Source: Alkalispirochaeta sp.
GTDB lineage: Bacteria > Spirochaetota > Spirochaetia > DSM-27196 > Alkalispirochaetaceae
Direction: 5' to 3'
Length of the DNA stretch: 64,000 nucleotides
Assembly (NCBI GenBank): GCA_965601925.1
Contig: OZ271854.1
Span: 672,001-736,000, forward strand
Below are positions 39,571-49,960 of the stretch, in pieces (within the stretch, counting starts at the first letter, position 1; every line of letters starts with the position of its first letter). Both the position numbers and the translations under genes were made by a program. Below the pieces are notes generated by a model. It did no database searches, had not been told where the DNA came from, and saw only the letters and a program-made list of their open reading frames with translations.

Positions 39571-40927
39571 GACGCATCGTACACTACACGAGATCGCCGA
39601 CTCGATTCGACGCCGATGCCGGACGAACGGCGCGCTCGCGGGGCTGGTCGATGCGTTGTGTGCGGCCGGCGTTATCGTTGCGGTCGTCATCGTTGCAACG
39701 TCTACCGACGGCCCGATCGCCGTCGCGGTTTGGGGATCGCTTACTGCGGCGACGGCGACGGCACTCCTATCGGGAAGACGTCGTACACCTACGGCGATAG
39801 AGGCAATTCGCCGTGCCGACCGCGAAATACGGGCCAAAGGTCTCCTCCCGAGCGCGTGGGAGGTTCTCGAGGGGAGACGTGGCGACCTACAAGCGCTCAC
39901 GGCACTCGAGCGCGCCCTCGTACGTCGCGCCGCCACCGCCGCACGACGGGTCGAGACCTCGCGCGTGGTCCCGTTCCGGCTGCCTCCGCGGACGCCTTTT
40001 TTTGCGTTGGCGCTGGCACTCCCCATTCTGGCCGTGGCCGCGCGCCCCTATCTGTCGGAACGAGACGCGACTCCGGTTCTTATGTCTTGGGACGCACAGA
40101 TACCACAGGATCTCCTACGACCCGACGAACGCGAGACGTCCGGACAGGAACGTCTGGCTCTCACGCAACGCCTCCGCCGATCGGGCGGCGAAAGGCAGCG
40201 TCCGGAACGCGGAACCGACCGCGGCGGTCGCACCGGTGAGATCTTACGCTTTGAAGATGCGATGCGCGATTTGGCGCCCGGCGACGCGCTGACTCCCGGA
40301 CGACAGGGGGGAAGAGCGTCCGGTGAGGTGGAGTCGCAGGGATTTCTCCGCGCCGTACCGCCCGACGGAACCGGCGGAGTCGTACTGCTTGAGAGAGACT
40401 CGTCTGAGGCGAGTCGTACGTCTCCGGCGGAGGTTCCGGGAACGGAAGCACCCACCGATCCCGAGCGGAACGGCGACGAGAGGAGCGGCGGTGGCGGCAC
40501 CGGCGCACCGAGCGGCCCCGGGGCGGAGAGAGGCAATAATCCCGCAGAGGGCGGTGCTCCGTCTCAAGCGGACTCGTCTGGCGGTGGTATCAATCCGCAG
40601 GGCGGAGAGGACGAGGGGTCGTCGGACGGAAGCACAACGCGACCGGGACGGGGCGCCGGCGATCGGTCCGACGACACGCCGTCTCCGACGAGGAGTATCG
40701 AAGGTATCGGCACGATCCCGTTGGAACTACCGCAGGCCGCCGAGAGCGACGTGCCGGTAAACGAGCTCATGAGTCGTGCACGACCGTGGGGTATACCCGG
40801 TGAGGAGATCGAAGCGCTCGCTACGACCGATTTTGATCGCCGGGCCGAGCGTATTCTCGAGCGCCAAGACATACCGGAATCGGCGCGAGTTTTCGTACGC
40901 GACTATTTTTTGCGCCTCGACGGATAG
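39563..40927 (+). CDS. Membrane-anchored protein with low-complexity G/S/E-rich stalk
   Basis: N-terminal TMs, 'AD..I..KGLL.SAWE', C-terminal 'IP...R.FVRDYF', typical of MoxR-linked genes. Confidence 0.6.
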   Translation: MDETHRTLHEIADSIRRRCRTNGALAGLVDALCAAGVIVAVVIVATSTDGPIAVAVWGSLTAATATALLSGRRRTPTAIEAIRRADREIRAKGLLPSAWEVLEGRRGDLQALTALERALVRRAATAARRVETSRVVPFRLPPRTPFFALALALPILAVAARPYLSERDATPVLMSWDAQIPQDLLRPDERETSGQERLALTQRLRRSGGERQRPERGTDRGGRTGEILRFEDAMRDLAPGDALTPGRQGGRASGEVESQGFLRAVPPDGTGGVVLLERDSSEASRTSPAEVPGTEAPTDPERNGDERSGGGGTGAPSGPGAERGNNPAEGGAPSQADSSGGGINPQGGEDEGSSDGSTTRPGRGAGDRSDDTPSPTRSIEGIGTIPLELPQAAESDVPVNELMSRARPWGIPGEEIEALATTDFDRRAERILERQDIPESARVFVRDYFLRLDG

Positions 40928-40943
40928 AAAGGACGGGTAAGAC

Positions 40944-41960
40944 ATGATCGATTCAAGGACCGAAACGAGCGCAGCGGAGACGATCGAGGAGGAGATAGCG
41001 CAGCGAGTCGCACAAATCCGATCGGTCCACCGCCAGGTGCGTCGCGTGATCATCGGACAGGACGAGTTGATATCTCACGTGCTCGCCTGCATATTCTGCA
41101 GCGGACACGCACTCCTGGAGGGCATTCCCGGCCTCGGCAAAACGCGCCTTATTCGCTCGGTCGCTCGCTCCCTCGCCTTGGAAACGACGCGCGTACAATG
41201 CACGCCCGATCTGATGCCGGCGGACATCATCGGCACGAACACCCTGCTGCAGGACGAGGCGGGCCACCAAAGCATCGAGTTTCAGCGGGGGCCCATCTTT
41301 ACCCAGCTCCTGTTGGCCGATGAGGTAAACCGCGCCACCCCAAAGACGCAATCGGCCCTCCTGGAGGCGATGCAGGAGCACCAAGTCACCGTCGGAGGAA
41401 CGACGTATCCGCTGGGACCGCCGTTCGTCGTGCTGGCAACGCAGAACCCTTTGGAGCTCGAGGGAACCTATCCACTCCCCGAGGCGCAGCTCGATCGTTT
41501 CTTCCTTAAGCTGCGCGTTCGATTTCCGGAACCCGACCAGATGATGGAGATCGTCAGACGCACGACGGGCAACGAACTGATCGATCTCGAGCCGGTAATC
41601 GGCGTTGAGGACATCGCCGCCATCCAGCGTCTGGTACGAGAGATCGTCGCCGAGGAGTGGGTGCGGCGGTACGTCGTCGATCTGGTATATGCGACACATC
41701 CGGATCGAGATGATGCGCCCGATATCGTGAAACGCTACGTTCGTTACGGTGCGAGCCCGCGGGGAGCACAAAGCCTGCTGCTTGCCGCCAAGTTTTCAGC
41801 CCTACTCGCGGGGCGTCTGCACGTTTCGCCGGAGGATTTTTCCGACATCATCGCCCCGAGTCTACGCCACAGAATCGTTTTGGGATTTCGCGCCGAGGCG
41901 GAGGGGCTATCGGTGGAGCGCGTGATCCAGGCGATTACGGAGGAGGTGACGCCACGCTGA
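40944..41960 (+). CDS. moxR: MoxR-family AAA+ ATPase
   Basis: 'LLEGIPGLGKT', 'TPDLMPADI', 'DEVNRATPKTQSALLEAM', 'GTYPLPEAQLDRF'. Confidence 0.95.
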   Translation: MIDSRTETSAAETIEEEIAQRVAQIRSVHRQVRRVIIGQDELISHVLACIFCSGHALLEGIPGLGKTRLIRSVARSLALETTRVQCTPDLMPADIIGTNTLLQDEAGHQSIEFQRGPIFTQLLLADEVNRATPKTQSALLEAMQEHQVTVGGTTYPLGPPFVVLATQNPLELEGTYPLPEAQLDRFFLKLRVRFPEPDQMMEIVRRTTGNELIDLEPVIGVEDIAAIQRLVREIVAEEWVRRYVVDLVYATHPDRDDAPDIVKRYVRYGASPRGAQSLLLAAKFSALLAGRLHVSPEDFSDIIAPSLRHRIVLGFRAEAEGLSVERVIQAITEEVTPR

Positions 41961-42838
41961 ATCGTGAAGTCGACACCGGCGTTTTTGACGATCAATTCTT
42001 CTCCTCTTTGGAGGCATTGACGCTCCCGTTTCGGTCCGCGCCGTCGGGTTCGCTCACGGGTCGCACCCTTACACGTCGCGGCGGCGACAGCCTCGAGTTT
42101 GCCGATATGCGGCCGTACCAGACCGGAGACGACCTGAGGATGGTCGACTGGAGCGTCTATCGTCGGCTGGGCAAGTTGTACGTGCGCCGGTACCAAGCTG
42201 AGCAGAGCCGCGTAATCACGGTGCTTCTCGATACCAGCGCGTCGATGGCGAGCCCCGAGGAACGGTTTCGCGGCGCGCAACTACTCGCCGGTGCGATCGC
42301 GGTGGTCGCGACACGCCAACTCGACCGCGTCGCGGTTATGCCGTTCTCGGAGGATCTCGGCGAGCGCGGTGCACGCACGCAACGCGGCGGCCTCCCGACC
42401 GAACTCCTCGCATACATCTCGACGCTCAAGTGCGCGGGACGTACCGCGATCGCCTCGGCCATGGGATCGGCCGCGCTCTCATCTCCGCGAGGGGCGACCG
42501 TCGTCGTCGTCACCGACTGCTATGACGCCGACGGACTCCGCGACGGGGTATCGGCTCTCGCCGCGCGACGGTGTGAAACGGTGATCGTACATCTTGCGGG
42601 CGCAGCCGACCGCGAACCGCCCGTTCGAGGCGACGCTGTTCTGGAAGATGTAGAGCTTCGCGAGACTCGCGAAGTCTACGTCGACGAGCGGCGACGGCGT
42701 GAGTACAGCGCGGTATTCGCAGACTGGATCGACGAGCTCAGAGGCGAAGTCGGTCGCGCCGGAGGCCGGTATCTGACGGTCGACTACACCGCTCCGGTGG
42801 AGCAGACCATCCGTCGCCTCGTGGGAGAGACGCCGTGA
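41957..42838 (+). CDS. DUF58 protein (probable CTG start)
   Basis: 'EFADMRPYQTGDDLR.VDW', 'LDTSASM'. The frame is open back to CTG 41957. Confidence 0.88.
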   Translation: MNREVDTGVFDDQFFSSLEALTLPFRSAPSGSLTGRTLTRRGGDSLEFADMRPYQTGDDLRMVDWSVYRRLGKLYVRRYQAEQSRVITVLLDTSASMASPEERFRGAQLLAGAIAVVATRQLDRVAVMPFSEDLGERGARTQRGGLPTELLAYISTLKCAGRTAIASAMGSAALSSPRGATVVVVTDCYDADGLRDGVSALAARRCETVIVHLAGAADREPPVRGDAVLEDVELRETREVYVDERRRREYSAVFADWIDELRGEVGRAGGRYLTVDYTAPVEQTIRRLVGETP

Positions 42839-44652
42839 TGCTCGGTAACCCGGCCGGGCTCTGGGTCCTCGCGGCCATTCCTCTCGTCGCGGCGCTCCAC
42901 TTTCTCATACGGACGCGTCGTAAGGTGGTCGTACCCTCGATGCTCGTATGGCGGCGAATGGCGCACGCGAGGCGCCGGAGAATGCGGCTCCGCGCCCTCC
43001 TAAACCGTCATTTGATCGTCCAAAGCGTTGCGTTGTCTCTCATGGCGCTCGCGTTGAGCGACCCGCGGTTCACGACCGGAGATCCGAACGAGGCGATACA
43101 TCTCATCGCGGTGGTCGATACGACCGCCGGAATGGGTGCACTGGAACCTTCGGGCGTCCCGCGCATTGAGGCGGCGCGAACGGCACTTCTCTCCGATCGT
43201 CGAAGCGTACCGAGACGAGGCCGCATGACCGTCATAACATTCGGCGCCCATCCGCGAGTACACGGACACTTCGATATCGACGATCCGGCGTTGGTAGACC
43301 TCATTTCGCGGTTGTCGGCGACCGATGAAGCGGGAGATCCCGCCGAAGCGCTCCGCATTGCCGTGGAGTTGGCCGGTGAGTCGGGGAACAGGGCGATAAC
43401 GACGCTCTATACCGACGGAACGCGAGAGGTACCGGCGTGGTTCGGCGCGCGGACGGAAGAACGAGTACGTCTGGTCGCTACGTCCATACCCAACGCCGGA
43501 ATCACGACCCTATCGATCAGACGAAATGCACGAGGCGTCCCCGCTGCACTGATCGAAGTGCTCAACGCCTCGACGACGACGTTCCGTGGGACGATCGTAC
43601 TGGAAACCGATGCGGGCGATTCGCTCTCGTATCCCATTGCGGTGGAGGCCGACCGCCAAGCCGGCGTCGTTCTGGACCTTCCCGGCATCACGGGCGTATG
43701 GCTCCGCTCGACGCTCTATCCCGATGAGACGACCCCGGACGCTTTGGAAGCGGACAATCGCGCGTGGTTTGTCTTCGGGCGACGGCCGCGCTTTCGCGTC
43801 GCCCTTATCGGTGCACCCGACCGCTTCGTCGAAGCGGCCCTCACCGCCCATCCGCGACTTATCGTGGAGCGCCACGAACGCTACAGCCCCTTTTTGTCGG
43901 CGGATCTCGCCGTGTTTGTCGACCAAAACGGGGGGATCCCGTCCCGAGGGCGAATACTATCGATTGCATCGGCGATCGACGGGATACCCGAGGTGCCCGG
44001 TCGAACCGATACGGCGCTCGACGGCCTCGCGTGGAATCCGGACCATCGCCTTACCGCGGCGCTCTCCGGATCGACGGTGTATCTCGCGTGGTCCCGTCGC
44101 TACGCCCTCGGTCCCGACGGAGAAGCGCTTTTGGGCGACACCGACGGTGCGGCGGCGTTCACGATGGAGACACCGATGTTGAGACTCCTCGGAATCGGCT
44201 TTCACCCGGCGCAAAGCAGCGTAGCGGCGGGCGAAGATTTACCCCTTTTGATATACAACGCGATTGAATGGCTCATTCCCGACAGTGCGCTCGACGGCGC
44301 GACGGTCGCGGGGACGGCGATCCGCACCACAACGCCTCCCGGAGGGTCTCTTACGGTCACTCGTCCCGACGGACGCCGAAGCGAACTGGCGACGCGCGAG
44401 CTGGAGACCGTCATCACCGATACCGCTCACGCGGGAATCTACGAACTCAGCTCACCGTCACGCACGGACTTCATCGCCGTTAACCTCACCGATAGAGACG
44501 AGACCGATCTTCGACCTCGAGTACCCGAGACTACTGCTACCGAGGCCGAACGTTCCCGCGCCGCCGGTCGTCCCCTGTGGACCATCGCGGCGGCTCTCGC
44601 GGCCGCGCTTCTGCTGGCGGACGCGTGGTCGTGGAGCAGGAGAGACCCGTGA
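42835..44652 (+). CDS. BatA-domain/vWA membrane protein
   Basis: 'NPAGLWVLAAIP...PS.LVW', 'VVDTTAGM', 'DNRAW', 'GIY', C-terminal TM. Confidence 0.8.
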   Translation: MMLGNPAGLWVLAAIPLVAALHFLIRTRRKVVVPSMLVWRRMAHARRRRMRLRALLNRHLIVQSVALSLMALALSDPRFTTGDPNEAIHLIAVVDTTAGMGALEPSGVPRIEAARTALLSDRRSVPRRGRMTVITFGAHPRVHGHFDIDDPALVDLISRLSATDEAGDPAEALRIAVELAGESGNRAITTLYTDGTREVPAWFGARTEERVRLVATSIPNAGITTLSIRRNARGVPAALIEVLNASTTTFRGTIVLETDAGDSLSYPIAVEADRQAGVVLDLPGITGVWLRSTLYPDETTPDALEADNRAWFVFGRRPRFRVALIGAPDRFVEAALTAHPRLIVERHERYSPFLSADLAVFVDQNGGIPSRGRILSIASAIDGIPEVPGRTDTALDGLAWNPDHRLTAALSGSTVYLAWSRRYALGPDGEALLGDTDGAAAFTMETPMLRLLGIGFHPAQSSVAAGEDLPLLIYNAIEWLIPDSALDGATVAGTAIRTTTPPGGSLTVTRPDGRRSELATRELETVITDTAHAGIYELSSPSRTDFIAVNLTDRDETDLRPRVPETTATEAERSRAAGRPLWTIAAALAAALLLADAWSWSRRDP

Positions 44653-47225
44653 ACGTCGGATCGCCGATCGCGCTCGTGCTCGCCGTCGTCCTCGCGGGAG
44701 CGACCGCCTATATCGCCGTACGCGCGGGCAAACACCGTCGCCGCATTACCGTCGTTCTGCGTGGCGTCGCAGTGGCATTGATGCTGCTCGCCGTTGCACA
44801 AGCCGGCCTATCCACCACCGATCGCGGAGTCCACACCGTCTACCTTCTGGACGTCTCGGCAAGCGTCTCCGACTCGGCACTCGCACGCGGTCTCCAGTTT
44901 ATCGAGCGGTCGAATGCCGAGACGCGCTCGCCCGATACGGCAACGACGTTGCTCGTGGCAAACGGCGTCGCGCCCTTGTCCGCCGACGATATGGCACGGC
45001 TTCGCAACGGTGTACGTCCCCTCGCACCACGTAGCGGAGCGACGAGAATCGTGGAGGCGCTCGACCACGCGGTAGCGGCGCTGCCGTTTTCCGGCGACCG
45101 GCGAGTCGTGCTTGTCGGCGACGGGAACGGCACCGGCGGCGATGCACCGTCTTCGGCGAGAAGGCTTGCCGATTCGGGTGTCCGCACCTCAACGGTGCTG
45201 CTCGACAACTCCGACGGATCGCCCGACGCCCGGATCACGGCACTCTCCCTTCCCACGTCGGGTCCCCCCGACTCCTCCGCGGAGCTTCGTCTCGCAATCT
45301 GGAGCGACGTCGCCGCGACCGCGCGCCTCGTAATCCGCCGCGACGGTCGTGAAAGCGGCGTCGACACGCTCCGGTTGAGCGCCGGTCACAGTGTGCACCG
45401 CTATCGCGTGCGTGTACCGGACCGGGGGTTCGTCCGATACGAGGCGGAAATCGACGTCCCGGGCGACCGACTCTACGAGAACAATATCGCCGACGGTTGG
45501 ATCGGCTCACGCGACGGCTCGTCCATTCTGTATCTGTCTGCCGACGAGATGCGGCCGGTGTTAACGGCGATCGAAACGCAGGGTCGTGCGGTTGACCGTA
45601 TAGCGCCCGGCGAGCTGGACACGGCGTTACCCATCCTGGCCGGCTACGACGCCGTCGTAGTAGACGATGTCTCCGCGGAACAGATATCGCTCTCCCAAAT
45701 GAACGCCCTTGAGCGCTACGTGCGCCACACCGGTGGAGGGCTCCTCTTTCTCGGCGGCCCCCGCTCACTTTCGGACGGCGGATATCGCGGCACCACTCTG
45801 GAAGACATCCTGCCGATCACGTTCGACGTCGCCTCGCCGGTGCAGATACCGAGTCTGATCATTCTCTTTCTCATCGATAAGTCGGGGAGCATGGAGGGCG
45901 GCCCCGACGCGGAGGTCTCAAAACTCCAACTCGTCTTGGAATCGGTATTGGCATCGGTCGAGGTCATGCAGCCCAACCAACGGGTCGGCGTAATCGCCTT
46001 CGACTCCGAGGTAGAGTGGACGGTGCCGATCACCCGCGCCGCGGAACGGCAGGAGATACTCAGTGCCATTACATCCCTGCAGGGCGGCGGCGGTACGATC
46101 CTTGAAAAGGCGCTCATCGAGGCGCATCGGGTATTGGGAGAAATCGAGGCGGTGAAGCGTCACGTCATCGTCTTGTCCGACGGGTTGACCGTGGAGGCCG
46201 ACTTCCGCGCAATCGCCTCATCAATGCGACAATCGGACATCACCGTCTCGACGGTCGGCGTGGGAGTCGACGCCGATGCGGAGCTGCTGGACCTCATCGC
46301 ACGCGAGGGAGCGGGCCGATCCTATCACACCGCGAGCGCCGACGAGGTACCGCGCATCTTCGCGCTGGAGGCGAACCTCGTATCGCGCGCCGTAGTGGTC
46401 GAGGAGACTTTCTTTCCCGTTCGCCGTCCCCAGGCGACCCTCTTGGGCATCGAGGAGGAGGTACTGCTTCCTCCTTTGGAAGCCTTTGCTTTGACCTTTC
46501 CGCGAGAACGGGCGACGCAGCTTATCGACGCCCCGGAGGGCCAGCCGCTCTTGGTCGCATGGCAGTACGGCTTAGGGCGGAGCGTCTCCTTCTCCTCTTC
46601 CATAGGCGGATCATGGGGTCAGCAATGGGGAGACTGGGCGGAGCTGCCCCGAATTCTCGGGCAGACGCTCGGATGGCTGGCGCCCACGGAGACCGGCTCA
46701 CGCCTGGAGGCGGATATCGAGGAGGGAGAGATCGTTCTTACGGCGGAGCTTCGCGACGAGTCGGGGGCGTTTCTCGACGCCGCACAACCTCGCGTCACAC
46801 TATCGCTCGCCGACGGCGGCATTATCGAGACGCCGTTGGAGCCGAAGGCTCCGGGCCGATTTTCAGCCCGATTACCGCTCGATTTCCTCGGGACGGCCGT
46901 TGCAACCTTGAGTGACTCCCAACACGCGCACATCCGCGCGGTGACCGTTCTCGGGCGTCCTTACGCGCCGGAGTACGCGCGATTGGAGGCGGATGCCGCG
47001 GCGATGCGCTCGATCGCGGCGGCGGGACGGGGCGTGGCGCTCTCCGACCGCGAGAGCGCGATGCCCCACGACAGGCTCCCGCGGCACGTGACTCCCGCAG
47101 CGGAGCGTCGTGAGCTGTGGCCGTGGTTTCTCGCCGCGGCGGCGATGCTGGTGGTCGTCGAGATCGCAATCACCATACTCCTGTCGTTTCGTGATGAGCG
47201 ACGGCGGGAACGGGTCGCGCGATAA
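44649..47225 (+). CDS. Double vWA + GATase1-like membrane protein
   Basis: 'LLDVSASV', 'GGGLLFLGG', 'IDKSGSM', 'VLSDG', 'WQYGLGRS', C-terminal TM. Confidence 0.85.
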   Translation: MNVGSPIALVLAVVLAGATAYIAVRAGKHRRRITVVLRGVAVALMLLAVAQAGLSTTDRGVHTVYLLDVSASVSDSALARGLQFIERSNAETRSPDTATTLLVANGVAPLSADDMARLRNGVRPLAPRSGATRIVEALDHAVAALPFSGDRRVVLVGDGNGTGGDAPSSARRLADSGVRTSTVLLDNSDGSPDARITALSLPTSGPPDSSAELRLAIWSDVAATARLVIRRDGRESGVDTLRLSAGHSVHRYRVRVPDRGFVRYEAEIDVPGDRLYENNIADGWIGSRDGSSILYLSADEMRPVLTAIETQGRAVDRIAPGELDTALPILAGYDAVVVDDVSAEQISLSQMNALERYVRHTGGGLLFLGGPRSLSDGGYRGTTLEDILPITFDVASPVQIPSLIILFLIDKSGSMEGGPDAEVSKLQLVLESVLASVEVMQPNQRVGVIAFDSEVEWTVPITRAAERQEILSAITSLQGGGGTILEKALIEAHRVLGEIEAVKRHVIVLSDGLTVEADFRAIASSMRQSDITVSTVGVGVDADAELLDLIAREGAGRSYHTASADEVPRIFALEANLVSRAVVVEETFFPVRRPQATLLGIEEEVLLPPLEAFALTFPRERATQLIDAPEGQPLLVAWQYGLGRSVSFSSSIGGSWGQQWGDWAELPRILGQTLGWLAPTETGSRLEADIEEGEIVLTAELRDESGAFLDAAQPRVTLSLADGGIIETPLEPKAPGRFSARLPLDFLGTAVATLSDSQHAHIRAVTVLGRPYAPEYARLEADAAAMRSIAAAGRGVALSDRESAMPHDRLPRHVTPAAERRELWPWFLAAAAMLVVVEIAITILLSFRDERRRERVAR

Positions 47226-47237
47226 TCGTAGTCGAGC

Positions 47238-47792
47238 CTATATTCCCGGACGTTCCCCCGCTCGGAGCATCGCCTTGGCTCGTTGTAACCTTCGAAGTCT
47301 CGTTTCGGGGCGCTTGGCGTCGGTAATCCACAGGACGTACTGTCGCCGGAGGGACGGGGCGATCTTCTCGAAGATGTGAAACGCCTCATCGTCCCGCTTA
47401 AGATCCTCAAGCAACTCGTCGGGCAGCGTCGGATGCTTGGGCTGACGAACGACACGATCCTCCTCGACGGCTCGCCGGAACTCTGATGCGGCGCGCTCGA
47501 CGACGCGACCGGTCCTAACCAGCTCACCCATGCGTCGTATGTTGGCCTCGCTCCAACGGCTGTTGTGCGTGCGCGGCGTGAAACGCCGAACGTACTTGGC
47601 CTCGTCGATCCTCTTAATGCGTCCGTCTATCCACCCGTGGCAGAGCGCCTCATCGACGGAATCGGGATAGGTGACGCACGGGTCCTCGTTTCCCTTCTTG
47701 AGATAGATCAACCATATCTCGCTCGCCTCGTCGCCGTGAGTCTCCAACCATCGCCGCCACTCTGCGGCGTCTCGGCAGTAGAGCGTCTCCAT
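47238..47792 (-). CDS. YdeI/OmpD-associated family protein
   Basis: 'WRRWL', 'VDEALCHGWIDG', 'RFTPR..S.WS', 'AKRPETR.RR'. Confidence 0.88.
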   Translation of the reverse strand: METLYCRDAAEWRRWLETHGDEASEIWLIYLKKGNEDPCVTYPDSVDEALCHGWIDGRIKRIDEAKYVRRFTPRTHNSRWSEANIRRMGELVRTGRVVERAASEFRRAVEEDRVVRQPKHPTLPDELLEDLKRDDEAFHIFEKIAPSLRRQYVLWITDAKRPETRLRRLQRAKAMLRAGERPGI

Positions 47793-47895
47793 CGCATCGC
47801 CCCTTCGCACAGCATAGGCCCACCCTACCGAGCCGTCAACGGTGCACTGCGCAGCACGTGGCACCACCCTCGACTCGTTTTATCGCGCCGACTCG

Positions 47896-49731
47896 TCAAT
47901 TCCACTCCGCATAGAGCTTATCGTACAACCGCTGCGTCTTTTCGAGATCGCGCGACAGCGCTTTCGCCGTCTTGAGATCGCCGTTCGAGTACGCGTGTTT
48001 GAGACGCCGCTCGATCTCGATCTTGCGCGCTTCCAACGCAAGCAGCCGCGCCTCCACCGTATCCTCCGATGCCGACGCCGTCTGTCGGTGTTCGCCTTTT
48101 TTCGGTCCCTCCCATCGACCGATGGAGTACCAAAAGTCCGAAAAGCCGCCGTCGAAACTCTCGATCTGCTCGTCGACGAGATAGAGCACGCGATTGACGA
48201 CGCTGTCGAGGAGGTAGCGGTCGTGGCTGACGATGAGTACCGTACCGCTGAACCGGAGAAGCGCCTCCTCCACCGCTTCCCGACTGGCGATGTCGAGATG
48301 GTTCGTCGGTTCGTCGAGGATCAAAAAATTGGCGCCGAGGAGCTCGGCGCGGGCGAGTTGAAGCCGGTTGATCTCTCCGCCCGACAGCGTTCCGACGTGG
48401 CGCGAGAGGTCGCGATACTCGAACAGGTATCGCGATATGAGGCCGAACACGTAGTCGCGCGTGTACCGTCCGAGGTCGCGTAAATTATCCTCCACACTCG
48501 CCTCGGCGCGAAAGACGTGTCGAGTCTGAGCGCAGTAGCCGACCTTCATGCTGGGGCCGAGGCGCAAAGAGGGGTGGTCCCAGTGGGCGTCGTCGATGAT
48601 CCGTTCGAGAAGGGTCGTCTTCCCCGATCCGTTGGGTCCGATGAGGGCGACGCGTTCGCCGACGAGTATGCGGGCGCTCGCCGCGCGGAAGAGCATCCGT
48701 TCTCCGTAGCCGAACGAAAATCCTTGAATATCGAGCGCAATGTCCGCCTTGGCGGCCGCCGGTCCGAAGCCGATCCTCACCGTCCCGTCGTCGAGCGAGG
48801 GCGCCTCGCGCGAACGTTCGCGGGCTCGCCGGAGCTGCGTTCGACGAGCCCGTAGCCGTTTACCGATCGCCGGGTCGGGCCGAGCCCTGGCAAGCGAGGC
48901 AAGATATGCGACCATCGCCTCCAGGCGCTCGAGGTGTTTTTTGTCGGCGCGAGCGTCGGAGGCACTCTTTACCGCCTGTCGTAACGTTGCGCTCCGATAG
49001 GCGGAGTAATTACCGGTATATGAGGTGATCCGGCGCCCCCGCAACTCCCAAACTCGTGTGACCACGCGGTCCAGGAGGTAGCGATTATGCGAGATAACGA
49101 GTATCGCCGCCGGATACGAAGAGAGAAATCCCTCTAACCAGGCCAAGCCCCACGCATCGAGGTGGTTGCCCGGCTCGTCGAGGATGAGCATCTCGGGTCG
49201 TCTGATCAGACCGCGCAAAATCTGGATTCGATTTTTCTCACCGCCGGAGAGGTCCGCCACCGGCGTGTCGGCAAGATACCCGATACCGTTCTGCGCGAGG
49301 AGGGCGAGGGCGCGATGTTCCGCGTCGTCACCGGCCTCGGCGTCGTAGCGCTCACGAGCCTCGGCGTAGCGCTCAAGGATCGAGGAGAGGCGTTCCGGAT
49401 CGCAGTCGGCCATCTCCCGTTCGAATGCGCGCAGACGATCTCGCAGCGCGAGAGCATCTTCGATGATGAACTCGAGGGCCGTGGAGGCAATGTCTGAAGG
49501 CATGTGTTGCGAAACGTACGCGATGCGCTGCGCCGTCGGGCCTTGAAGGCGGACGCTTCCTCCATCCGCCTCGAGGTCGCCCATAACGGCCCGCACGAGT
49601 GTCGTTTTTCCGGCGCCGTTGGCGCCGATGAGCCCGATCTTCTCCCCCGCCTCGACGCGTGCCGTCACGCTCTCGAGCACTCTCGTGCCGCCGTACTGTA
49701 CCGTGAGTTGATTGATTTCAAGCAGTGCCAT
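47896..49731 (-). CDS. ABC-F family ribosome-associated ATPase
   Basis: Two NBDs (GANGAGKT, GPNGSGKT; LSGGE twice; LDEP.NHLD twice), no TM, C-terminal coiled coil. Confidence 0.92.
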   Translation of the reverse strand: MALLEINQLTVQYGGTRVLESVTARVEAGEKIGLIGANGAGKTTLVRAVMGDLEADGGSVRLQGPTAQRIAYVSQHMPSDIASTALEFIIEDALALRDRLRAFEREMADCDPERLSSILERYAEARERYDAEAGDDAEHRALALLAQNGIGYLADTPVADLSGGEKNRIQILRGLIRRPEMLILDEPGNHLDAWGLAWLEGFLSSYPAAILVISHNRYLLDRVVTRVWELRGRRITSYTGNYSAYRSATLRQAVKSASDARADKKHLERLEAMVAYLASLARARPDPAIGKRLRARRTQLRRARERSREAPSLDDGTVRIGFGPAAAKADIALDIQGFSFGYGERMLFRAASARILVGERVALIGPNGSGKTTLLERIIDDAHWDHPSLRLGPSMKVGYCAQTRHVFRAEASVEDNLRDLGRYTRDYVFGLISRYLFEYRDLSRHVGTLSGGEINRLQLARAELLGANFLILDEPTNHLDIASREAVEEALLRFSGTVLIVSHDRYLLDSVVNRVLYLVDEQIESFDGGFSDFWYSIGRWEGPKKGEHRQTASASEDTVEARLLALEARKIEIERRLKHAYSNGDLKTAKALSRDLEKTQRLYDKLYAEWN

Positions 49732-49807
49732 CGTCGTCTCCCTTCCGACATCGCAGCGGGGATCGCCGCCGACGGCACTCTTCTGTCACCGCTACGGGAA
49801 CGGGACG

Positions 49808-49840
49808 AAAAAAGCCGCGGAGGCGTGCCCCCGCGGCTCT
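49808..49840 (-). terminator. Intrinsic terminator in the ABC-F leader (attenuator)
   Basis: AGAGCCGCGG-GGGCACGCCT-CCGCGGCTTTTTT, about 77 nt upstream of the ABC-F start. Confidence 0.8.
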
Positions 49841-49857
49841 CTATTATCGGTGAAATA

Positions 49858-49953
49858 TCACATAGATCCATCACCGTCCGCGGACACACCTATCCCGTCG
49901 GCTCGGATCTTTCCGGTGATGCGACGGATATTCCGCAGACGATTCTTGTACAT
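49858..49953 (-). CDS. Leaderless leader peptide MYKNRLRNIRRITGKIRADGIGVSADGDGSM (31 aa)
   Basis: ATG lies 7 nt after TATACT; stop is 17 nt before the terminator; the ORF contains the antiterminator strand. Confidence 0.65.
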   Translation of the reverse strand: MYKNRLRNIRRITGKIRADGIGVSADGDGSM

Positions 49954-49960
49954 AGAGGAT

